A stretch of 63,220 nt of DNA, counting the filler, from Phoronis australis (taxonomy: Eukaryota; Animalia; Phoronida), in assembly GCA_002633005.1 (NCBI GenBank). It is 5 parts of 5 records of this genome, joined end to end, with 100 filler letters (N's around TTAATTAATTAA, not from the genome) between each part and the next. Parts side by side here need not be neighbours in the genome. Positions count along the whole stretch, not along the records: positions 1 to 20,702 come from NMRA01000115.1; positions 20,803 to 47,200 come from NMRA01000916.1; 3 more parts are not named here. The stretch is one strand, 5' to 3'. Under the pieces are notes generated by a model. That model did no database searches. It saw only the letters and a list, made by a program, of their open reading frames with translations, and was not told the DNA's origin. Numbering within the stretch: position 1 is the stretch's first letter; every line of letters begins with the position of its first letter. Below are positions 17,401-26,563 of the stretch, in pieces. A program made the translations under genes and the position numbers.

Positions 17401-19990
17401 NNNNNNNNNNNNNNNNNNNNNNNNNNNNNNNNNNNNNNNNNNNNNNNNNNNNNNNNNNNNNNNNNNNNNNNNNNNNNNNNNNNNNNNACCACCATCAGCA
17501 CTCTAACCTAACCACACTCACCTATAGGATCAACCAACTGGTCCACCAGTCCCAGTTTCTTGGCCTTGTCAGCGCGCACTGTTTTACCAGTCAACATCAT
17601 GTCTAAGGCATCAGTTAGAGGCACCTGTGAACAATCACATACACTAAAACAGGGGGTGAATTTCAGGGCCCTTGCTCACCTGGGGTTACTGTTGCCTTTG
17701 CCTTATGAGAAGGGAGCATTTTCAGTTGAGGAGAACTCCCCACCCCCAATTCCAACCCGGTTGTCACCCACTACTGATCGCCACTCATCAGCAAAGCCTC
17801 AAGAGAAGGCTCAATAACTAGCCACTAAAAGCACTGGTTGGAAAAACGCTGGTGTAAAAATAGACCACTGGATGGAGCTATTAGCTCATGCACTGGAACT
17901 TCAAGACTATCGAGAAACAATTAAAGTATTTGTTGGGAATGAGACTATACTTGTCAACAATATTAAAGAACAGTGGTCACTTCTGGGGTTACCAAACTTA
18001 GCAGAAAAGTGAGACAAAATCGCCATTTAGCACAAGGTCTACTGCGCTACATGTAGAAAGTCAACAGGAGATCTTACAAACCTAAGGCGAATTCCTGCAG
18101 CTGTGCAGTAAAGGGTAACCACCAGTAAGTGGGGTGAAATCCACCCAACTCCTTATCTTCCAAAGGGTCAATTGTTACTGATATGTAAAATACATAACTT
18201 TCTAACTCACCAGCTTGGGAAGCCTCTGAGTGCCACCAGCACCAGGCAGTAAGCCAAGCATGACCTCAGGGGCTGATAGTGTTGCCTGATTCTTTACAGC
18301 CACCCTGTACTGGCAGGCCATGGCCACCTAGTCAAGAGAAATTTTCACAGCAGTTAGGGACAAACACAAGTGAATAGTCATGTGCCAGATAGCCACACTG
18401 CAGCTTGTAGACACATTTGTTCTCATTTCAAATTGTCGTGCAAATTTTATTGACAACACATAGCGCATAGACTATTAGAAATTTGACTTTAAGTAACTCT
18501 GCACATTGAACAGCTAAGGGGCCTCTGGATACTTGTAAGAACATGTCTGAGAAGAAATTTCTGACTTCACTGTTTTCAAGTTTATAATCCGAGTTGTGGC
18601 ACTGAAAACCTGTGACGACCATGCCAAGGCAGTTCTTTTCAAAAGCAAATTCAACCTTTTTCAAAATTTGTAGTTGTCCCTCAAAAAATGCCCAGCGAGC
18701 ATTTAGGTTTAAAAAGGAAAAAAACTGGTAAGATACTATTAAATTATATCTTCTGCTATTTTGGCGCCTTTTCTGGTCTTCCATAGCTGCCAGAGCCAAG
18801 CACAGACTTCAGTGTAATAAAAAGATAATTATTACAAACGAAACCTGGAAAATTCACAGTTTCACTTCATAATCAAACATCAATACAAAATATGTTAGTG
18901 CGCAGGAAATACAAAGGTTTCTTCACTTCTGCATTGAAACTATAGCAACAACCAGACAAGGGCGCACTCGACTCACAAACAGCTTGATGAACACAACAAT
19001 CTGCCAAATACCTCAAGTCCACCTCCTAGGCACTGGCCCCCAATGGCTGCCACAATTGGCTTGGAGCTCTTCTCCACCAGATCAAGCATCTTTTGACCTT
19101 CACTGGACAGCTGGGTCACCTCCTCTGCCGTCTTGCATGCGTTTAGCATGCTGAAAGAACACCATACATGCTTGATTGCACCAAAGCAACATGCACAAGA
19201 TATTTGAGCATGCATTGAGTGTGTTATAAACACAGAAACATAATAATGCACATGACAAATCAGTCATGGAGAAGCAACAAACACAAGAGTTCTCCACTCA
19301 GCTACCAAGGTTGGCCAGGCATAACGTCTGGGAAACATAAAGGTAAAGCATCTAATCAGTATATTTCAAACAGGACACACATAGATTTAGATAATTACAA
19401 AACAAAACAAACTTTCAGTGTAAAGCTAAACTATTCAAAACCCAATGTATAATCTAAGAGCAAAAAACTAAGCTACTCTAATCAAAAACCAGATTTAAAC
19501 CAGAAGTGAAGTTTTCAGACACACTTTATTTAATTTTATTAGCAGAGCTGAAATAACTTTAATGGAGACAAATGTATTCCCACCACAGAGTAAGCCAACA
19601 CACCAGTACTACTTGTTCCATTGACACAGTGTGACATCTTCCTCGAAATCAGGTGATTTCAAGCTAGTCATTGTTAGGCTAAGTTATACCATCAAGCAAA
19701 CCTTCACAATGACATATATACTCATGACTGTACACAAACCAAACTTTACTGTGATAAAAATGGCATTTCAGAAAAATATGCATTTTTTCATAATAAATCC
19801 CAAAGTGTGCACGGTCACCAGATCTAACATGTCCAACTATTCCATTACATAATTACCCAATGTCAGCTCCTGCAATCCAGCAGTCAGTCTTGCCACTAGC
19901 CAATACAATAGCTCGGACGGCATTATTAGACCAGCACTCATTCATCACCTCCACCAGCTCTCCTTGAGTTGCCTTCGACAAGGTGTTTAC
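8337..19990 (-). CDS. HADHA: Mitochondrial trifunctional enzyme subunit alpha (enoyl-CoA hydratase / 3-hydroxyacyl-CoA dehydrogenase), 5'-partial, 17 exons
   Basis: 17 GT-AG exons join in frame (2112 nt, 703 aa + stop). Motifs: [119 protein letters not shown]-terminal exons are not found before the spacer at 20703. Confidence 0.97.
8870..8924 (-). CDS. HADHA: HADHA exon ([18 protein letters not shown])
   Basis: tacag| ... G|gtacg. Confidence 0.94.
9025..9230. repeat. 32-bp minisatellite (~6 copies) in HADHA intron
   Basis: Unit ttagtgtatggactgaagatggcaaggacatc; ctgaag recurs at 9071, 9103, 9135. Confidence 0.85.
9484..9574 (-). CDS. HADHA: HADHA exon ([30 protein letters not shown])
   Basis: tgtag| ... 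CCG|gtaagt. Confidence 0.94.
9948..10059 (-). CDS. HADHA: HADHA exon ([11 protein letters not shown]...)
   Basis: aacag| ... GA|gtgagt. Confidence 0.93.
11007..11202 (-). CDS. HADHA: HADHA exon ([11 protein letters not shown]...[15 protein letters not shown]...GFL)
   Basis: caaag| ... G|gtaggt. Confidence 0.94.
11500..11621 (-). CDS. HADHA: HADHA exon ([26 protein letters not shown]...RLLQ)
   Basis: cttag| ... CAA|gtaag. Confidence 0.95.
12328..12415 (-). CDS. HADHA: HADHA exon ([19 protein letters not shown]...)
   Basis: gacag| ... G|gttagt. Confidence 0.95.
12500..12896 (+). mobile_element. 5'-truncated non-LTR retrotransposon (RTE-X/CR1-like) 3' end, antisense in HADHA intron
   Basis: Translates [30 protein letters not shown] (FFPRT..WN.LP, the ORF2 C-terminal motif); 3' UTR ends in a (GAA)n tail at 12884-12896. 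Confidence 0.7.
13053..13139 (-). CDS. HADHA: HADHA exon ([17 protein letters not shown]...RPEK)
   Basis: ttcag| ... AAA|gtaagt. Confidence 0.95.
13681..13816 (-). CDS. HADHA: HADHA exon ([10 protein letters not shown]...[11 protein letters not shown]...EVEK)
   Basis: tacag| ... AAG|gtatg. Confidence 0.94.
14053..14223 (-). CDS. HADHA: HADHA exon ([17 protein letters not shown]...; NAD-binding GxGxxG)
   Basis: tgcag| ... AG|gtaat. Confidence 0.95.
14206..14450. repeat. Tandem ~123-bp duplication spanning a HADHA intron/exon junction
   Basis: ccgagcactgc(a/g)attgttctgcaacag(c/t)aaacacat...ttctcaaatttt occurs twice with period 123. Confidence 0.85.
14593..14759 (-). CDS. HADHA: HADHA exon (VVRTGLEKG...[13 protein letters not shown])
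   Basis: ttcag| ... AA|gtaag. Confidence 0.94.
15670..15788 (-). CDS. HADHA: HADHA exon ([10 protein letters not shown]...[11 protein letters not shown])
   Basis: gacag| ... GAG|gtatgt. Confidence 0.93.
16851..16976 (-). CDS. HADHA: HADHA exon ([19 protein letters not shown]...NMME)
   Basis: cccag| ... A|gtgagt. Confidence 0.93.
17183..17253. repeat. 20-bp C-rich tandem repeat running into an assembly gap
   Basis: (ccacccacactcccccgatc)n, then N run 17254-17487. Confidence 0.85.
17522..17624 (-). CDS. HADHA: HADHA exon ([14 protein letters not shown]...VDQLVDPI)
   Basis: cacag| ... G|gtgagt. Confidence 0.94.
18211..18327 (-). CDS. HADHA: HADHA exon ([11 protein letters not shown]...GGTQRLPKL)
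   Basis: actag| ... CTG|gtgagt. Confidence 0.94.
19012..19150 (-). CDS. HADHA: HADHA exon ([11 protein letters not shown]...CLGGGLE)
   Basis: ttcag| ... GAG|gtattt. Confidence 0.94.
19857..19990 (-). CDS. HADHA: HADHA exon ([11 protein letters not shown]...WIAGADI)
   Basis: gcag| ... GG|gtaat. Confidence 0.93.
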
Positions 19991-20367
19991 CTGCAAATGT
20001 GACAGTAACTCTCTGAAAGTGCTCCAATAGACTTTACAGAATGAGTTTCAGACTACTGAGTAAAATCAGCCAATCTAACGTAACACTAGATTAAAGAATA
20101 ATCGCATTGCATTTGGCCTATTTGTTACAAGCAAAAATGCCAATTTATAATTAGAGCATTTATTGTGTGTAATTGGATATTGACTATAGGATTTTGCCCT
20201 CCTCCCCCATCATGAAGAAAGTCGATAACTACTTGAAACTTCACCATTGCTTGAGATCAGGCACTTCAAGTTGCCTCGTCATGGAGTGTTATTTCATGCA
20301 TCAAGCATGCTTTCAAAGGTAAACGGACTGTTGCTTCTTTGCAAACTCAGAAATCTCGACTCATCTG

Positions 20368-20702
20368 CAGGGCTTGACGCTATTAAAATCGCCAGGTCGC
20401 ATTTTGCGACCTAGCCAAAATCCCAAGTCGCATTTTCAAAATCCAGCTCGCATTCCTAAATGCCAGGTCGCAAAATTTTCCCGCCATTTTTACGCGCCAA
20501 AATAGATTTTTTAGATCATCGAGAAAATGTTTAGATTATGCTCTTACCTGCAGCGTTAAATACTCACAAATTTCGGATCTCAAAATTGACTTCATTCATG
20601 CAGGTACGGCCTTACTGTTCTTCACGACCGCCATTGAAAGTCTCTAGAGCGCAAGGCAAGTTGCCGGCGTGAAAGTTGAATCAGTGCTCTCTAACTGACT
20701 TG
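20368..20702 (+). mobile_element. hAT-like DNA transposon terminus, truncated at contig end
   Basis: Starts CAGGGCTTGAC, followed by multiple (g)gtcgca subterminal repeats. Confidence 0.5.
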
Positions 20703-20802
20703 NNNNNNNNNNNNNNNNNNNNNNNNNNNNNNNNNNNNNNNNNNNNTTAATTAATTAANNNNNNNNNNNNNNNNNNNNNNNNNNNNNNNNNNNNNNNNNN
20801 NN
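20703..20802. other. Artificial contig spacer N44-TTAATTAATTAA-N44
   Basis: Exactly 100 bp with a six-frame-stop 12-mer in the middle; four identical copies in the window. Confidence 0.95.
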
Positions 20803-21289
20803 TTACTTACATTTTGATAATTTAACATGCAAATAGTTTAAAAATGACAATTATAAGTCGATTTTGACGTCTTCCTTTGTTGACAGTGAAACCGCATTAC
20901 CGCGTAGTAATCTTGTGTGACGATTCTCCGAGTGTGCAGGGCTAGCCTGGACTGAAAGTGAACTATCTCGGCCAAAACTTCATCGATTTTAGTGGGAGAA
21001 AAACGCTTGTTTTCAGAATTTTACGAGGAATTTGTTGATGAATCTTTTACATGTCATTGAAAAAGGCGAAAATACAAACGCGCGAGTCATATTTCTTCAG
21101 GCAGCCCTTAGCGGCTTCACGGGCAATAAAATGTAATCGACCGAATAGATTCGTCGACCACAGATTTACCCTGTGGTTTTTCCGCTTGATCCCAGACCGC
21201 CCCGAGATGCTCCAGCAGCCAACTCGGGGCGGTCTCTCACGAGGGTTTAGCGTTATGACGAGTTTCCACTTCTTTCACAACTTTCCAAA

Positions 21290-22040
21290 GAAACGGCTTG
21301 TCATCCAGGTCCCTCATGGGAAGTTTAAGCGCACTGTTTTCTGAAGTCTTGCAACGATCATCTAAAGATCTACTGATTTTAAACAACAGTTTCCGATCAA
21401 GTTGCTCAGTTGAGTCTTTAGACACATTTGATAGGAAAGGGTTGGATTGTTGATAATCCTCAGATACTGAATACGCCAATTATCTCGCCTTATTCATTGC
21501 ATAGACCCAGCAGTTGAACTGATAGTTGTTTTCAAACCCCTTCGGATACTTTCCAATATGCTGTGTAAACTGAAGTCACACATCCCTCTATTGAACAAGA
21601 GCAATGTTGTGTATAAGGTTGAATGTGACAACTGTAAGGAATTCGATATAGGACTCACACAGAGACGCCTCTGTGACAGGTTGAAAGAACATCACACCTC
21701 AGAGAAAAGTAACATATATAGGCATTGTATTAGCTACAATCACCAAGGCAACTCTGTTAGTATTATCTGCAGAGAACCTAATAAGGAGATATTGTACATT
21801 AAAGAGTCATTGGCCATTCAGAACCAGCATGCCACTGATTCTCTGAATAACATGCAGAGCTCTGTGGCCCTGCAGCTATGGTGATGACCAGCTACTGACC
21901 ATATTCTATGTATCTCTCACTTCACTCTATGGATGTTACCCGAGCTGTATGTTGGCACAAGCTTGTTGTCCTAAATTGTTGTAAATATGATCCTGATGAT
22001 GTCTAATGAAAAGACGAAACGTTGAATTGAACAGGAACTT
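21290..22040 (+). mobile_element. Penelope-like retroelement 3' remnant with GIY-YIG endonuclease (ORF 21558-21884)
   Basis: KSNVVYKVECDNCKEFDIGLTQRRLCDRLKEH...IKESLAI...SLNN: the PLE GIY-YIG signature (VVY.I.C..C...YIG.T.R.L..R..EH), with YIG changed to DIG. Upstream sequence is broken by stops. Confidence 0.85.
21988..22030 (+). ncRNA. Penelope-associated minimal hammerhead ribozyme-like motif
   Basis: CTGATGA (21993-21999), stem II GTCT/AGAC, GAAA (22016-22019), palindromic AACGTT, ~110 nt after the GIY-YIG stop. Stem I is poorly paired. Confidence 0.55.
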
Positions 22041-22354
22041 TTTTATTTGTGCGGCGATCGCCCGGTTTTTGATCTTATTGTGGCCAAAAACTGATTTAAT
22101 TCACAATACTGGTATCACAGATGTGCCGGTGTTGTTGGCCGTGACGTTGCTATCACAGGTCCAGTGCACTGTTGCAGCTCCTGTCAAAGTCGTATCACTG
22201 TCAATAAAAACAAAATTTAATTAAAAGAGCATTTATGTGGAGTTCAAGAGTTGGGCCTTGCCTGACATTCTTGAGGTTGGTAGTTATAATTAGAACCGGA
22301 GAACGAAAGTAGGTAACAGTAACGTCTAGACGAGTCTGTCATTTCTATGAATTT

Positions 22355-22500
22355 CAAGATGGCTGCCTGGTCTACTCCCTCTCTCAGTGGTTCGAGTCCA
22401 TGCGTGTAGAGATCGCACGTACCAGGCAGTAGCACGCGCTTTATCATTGGTTGATGTAACCGCGGCAGTCATTGGTTAGCTTTACAAAGAAAAATGGCTG
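22355..22500. promoter_or_regulatory. Promoter-like motif cluster (2 YY1-type, 2 CCAAT)
   Basis: caagatggctgcc (~22355), attggtt (~22446 and ~22471), aaaatggctg (22491); CpG-richer than flanks. Confidence 0.35.
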
Positions 22501-24142
22501 ACAATGAACGATTTTTAGCCTTGTCATGCAAGTGGCGTAGCAACTATTTCGTTTCTGCAGTAATGTTTAATAGCCGCGTGCTTGAAGCACATACACGTAA
22601 TGTACAATAAACACGTGCACATCACTAGATCTGGCCGATTTAACTGGTGTGTTATTCATACTGTATTAATAAAGGATAGCAACGTCAACAGAACTCAGCG
22701 ACAGTAGAAAGATGCACTCCGAAGGCGCAACCACAATTTTCTGGGATTCACATTTCTTGAACATGAATTCACAGGCACCGATTTGTCTGTACAGCAGTCC
22801 ACATTTACACTTCCTCTATCATGCAGTCATGCCAGTTTGTTTGCGTAAAGCGCTACCTGTTGAAAATTTGACCAGCCAATCAGAAACGCCGGTGTAAAAA
22901 AATTTCCCGAGAAAAATTAAGTGATACCTGCATGCTGGCTACCAAATAGCGGCACACAGGGAACCAGCGAGGGTCTACTCCGTAAGCTCAGATAAGGGAA
23001 CCTGTCTTGTGCTGTCTTCAGTAAATATAAATTATCATAAGATAGTCAAAATTCGTCGGTAAGTTGAAGACAGAGGTGGTATGTAACAAGGTATCAGATA
23101 TTGCGCGCTGATATTACTATTTAGTACCACAACTGATGAATAAAGACTAAAATTTTCGGGAACTATGTAGACGAACTTGTACTGAGTTAGCGTATGCGCA
23201 ATTCTCCACCCCCACAGAAATTAAGCCCCCGGTCCCCGTCAAATTATAAAACACTCGTGGATGGTGCATAGGAGCGCATGCTTAGTGTTCTCTTATCCAG
23301 CGTAAACGAAACTTGAGGCTACGATCGGAGAATAGGGCTTATCCGAGGTCATTTTCCTGGTCAATGCACGAGTCAGGTAACTTCAAACGTTCAAGCTATA
23401 TATTTTCGTATTGCATAATTCCTTGCCCACAAAGATTTTAAAAAATGTGGTTTCATACATTAAAACTAAGTGTGTTAGAACCATTTGAGGAAACTTGGCG
23501 TGGCCCTTGGTAACGAAAGTGTGCGTTATTATCCATAACGCTTTACTTCAGCCAATGTTACCACATGAGAGCGCTGCGAAGGAAGGTACATGTTGATTTG
23601 GGTATATTTACTTTAAATGATTTCGGTTTGGCGTTTCTCAAAGACATTAACATGTTGTTCCACGAATTCCTTTCTTGATCATGCAACTGTCATAGTGTTG
23701 AAGTTTAATTTTCTTTAGTTCGCTTTTTGTAACGGCTGAAACCTTCCCCCTTTCCGCCACGTAAAAACTCAAGTTGTTAATTTAGACCACTTACTCGGCA
23801 ATGAAGCTGGTATCAAATGGTTTCTTAATCAAAACAAGTGTGATTTCAAGGCTTGAAAGAATTGACAGTTTTGTCTGCTTGAGATCAGCCTACACAAACT
23901 GACTTGTCTTGTCGCGCCGTGTCATTTGTCGTCGGTACACGATCTGGAGGAATAACTATTAGTAACTGTCAGTTCTTCACCAGGCCAAAATCACTTCTTA
24001 ACTAAGTAATAATTTGGGACTACTTTTATGGCGGTGAAGATGGTATAACCCAAATTTTAGTTTATTCAACTGAGGGAGCGCAGGTTTATACGCCTTTGTC
24101 AGTCATGTTGTTTACATTTAAGGTTCTACCAGCATATGTTTA

Positions 24143-26563
24143 ATGTGTCATCCTGCAGCATTCCTACTAGGCCTACTACTATGCTCCAAGCTTTCCGTAG
24201 GTCGTCAATTTTGCACTGAGAGGTGCAAAGCCTGCTTCACACAAACTAGTGAGAGAAAGTGAGCCAGTTTCTCAAAATTTGACGACATTCTACAGAATGC
24301 TCCCGCCGACGTCACTGAACTCGTGATTGGAGCAAACGACGCAGATATTTGGATTCCGGGCTGGGATAACAAACAAACATCGTATTTCTGCACGGAACAA
24401 TCACTCAGAGACAGATCCTTTGTAAAATTTCAACAGCTGCATTCATTGAAATTGAACTTATGTGGTGTGCTTCGCGCTAATGCGAACTTCTTGTCTGGTG
24501 TGGAAGGAGTACGAGAGATTCAACTGATTTTGAGAATGCGCCATGTGAATTTTTACAACGTAAGCTGTTCAGAATTGTTTAGATCGATGGGAAATTTAAA
24601 ATCACTATCATTCATTTCTAGTTATTCAAGTACCTGCGACGACTCGGCGATTGTGAGCAACAAACCACACCTTACAAAACTTAAATTGGGAAGGAATCTG
24701 AATGTTCGTAAACCAATTAAACATGGCAAATTGCAATAACCGGATTTGTCAAATTTGAACTTATCTCCGCAGAAAATTCCGGATCCGTCATATTTGTTTA
24801 ATTTGGAAGAAATTATTATGAAGTTCACAATTATCTCCAATTTTTCCATCGACAATCCGTTTGCTGTAAAGCACATACGACTCTTCATGGGTCTGAGGAC
24901 AGAACCAGTAATAAAGAAACAAGAATTCGACAACTACGCTTCCCTGGATTCCATTGAAATAGTCTACGAATATAAAGAGCCATTTAAAGTAGAAGACGGT
25001 TGGTTTGATGTGTTGTCGCGTCACAATGTAACGCTGCGTAAACTAGAGATCACTTATAGTGGGCAAGGTTCTCCACATACACGTAGAAGGCCACTCTTTC
25101 TTGCTACTATAAAAAGACTTTTGGCAAGTTTGTCAGAATGTAATGTGAACACACTTACATTAACATATGATGTAATCTACCTCAAGGATACACAGGCTTC
25201 CAGTCTTTGGAGCTCTTTCAACCTTACGTCTCTGCGCCAACTGAACCTCAGTTTCCACTTGATGATGGTTGCCCAAGATCTCTTGTCATCACCTCATCTG
25301 GAGTCAATAACTCTTCAATTTTGTGGCATCATCTTTATGCCTATTAATGCGTTTGAGCCTTTGAAACACTTACGATATCTCGATCTAGTTCTTAAAAACA
25401 GTCATCTGCGGCACGTGCATATTGCTCTATGTGAACCAAACACTAGAATCGCTCTCTGTCAGTGGAAGCCCTGTGATTTTAAAAAGAATATTACAAGTCT
25501 TAGACAAGGTTTCTACTACTTTTCCGACTCTTAAAAACGTTGACGTGAGCGAGAATTCACAGTACTTTCGTGGGGTCAATATTAAAAAAAAAAAATTAGG
25601 TTTCGTTTTTTAGAAATAATGCCTGCGATAGAAAAATTGAACGTTTCGTTCAATTCACTTTCGAAAATAAATAAGCAATCATTTGCAGCAATGCCAAACT
25701 TAACTGTTCTAGATTTGAGTCACAATAGTTTATCGTATATGAATGGTCGTGTATTTCAAAATTTGTCTGAGTTAAAATTCTTAAACATTTCACAAAACAA
25801 ATTTAAGTGTGATTGCGATTTACGGCCATTTCGAGATTACCTTAAGAAAGCTACTATTGACATTAGACAAAATCCGTGTTTCTATCCTACATCTATGAAA
25901 AAACAATTTATTTCAAACTATAGCCTTCCTTTCGTCGCCTGTGACCATCATCTTGAGATGGTAATTGCACCGACTGTGGTCGGCATAGTTTTTCTTGCAA
26001 TACTCATTCCTGCTCTTCTTATATATTATCGGCTCGATATAAAGTACTGGTGGTATTTAGGCCGCCGTCGAGCTGGATACCGCCCGCTAGATGGCGATGT
26101 TTACCTGTATGACGCTTTCGTCTGCTACAGCAGAGCAGAAAGGGACTGGGTTATCGGGGAATTAGTCGAAGAACTAGAAAATGGCCCGAATGAGCGTTTC
26201 CATTTATGTATACATGAACGGGACTTTGACGTGGGCGGTGATATAAGTGAGAACATCGTCAGAAGTATTAGCTGCGGTAAAACAGTAATTTTCGCCCTCT
26301 CTAGAGAATTTCTGCGCGCCCATTGGAGCAAATTTGAATTGGATATGGCCTTAATGGAAACCATGTAAAAAAGACACAACTTTGTGATTATGATTTTTTT
26401 CGAGATTATTCCGAAAAAAGAAATACCGCATCACCTTCGCTGTTTCATGCGCCACGCGACCTATGCAACATGGCCACAACACATAGGTCGAGCAAGAGAA
26501 ATGTTTTGGATGAAACTAAAACTTGCTTTGAGAAACAGAGGAGTTGCCGAGGAAAACGTTTAG
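24143..26563 (+). pseudogene. Intronless Toll-like receptor pseudogene (signal peptide-LRRs-LRRCT-TM-TIR)
   Basis: MCHPAAFLLGLLLCSKLSVG signal peptide; LRRs (LTVLDLSHNSLSYM, LKFLNISQN); LRRCT NKFKCDCDLRPF..C; TM VIAPTVVGIVFLAILIPALLIYY; TIR YDAFVCYS..LCIHERDF..WSKFEL..TYATWP..FWMKLKLAL. Lesions: TGA 24260, TAA 24737, frameshift ~25390-25420, frameshift in the A12 run 25584-25595, TAA 26366. Confidence 0.9.

Noticed and set aside
20747-20758. Recurrent TTAATTAATTAA palindrome as a biological site (e.g. piggyBac target)
   Set aside because: Always centred in exactly 44+44 Ns, so it is an assembly linker.
22244-22447. ORF as the missing HADHA first exon
   Set aside because: No mitochondrial-presequence character or HADHA similarity, and it lies beyond an artificial spacer.
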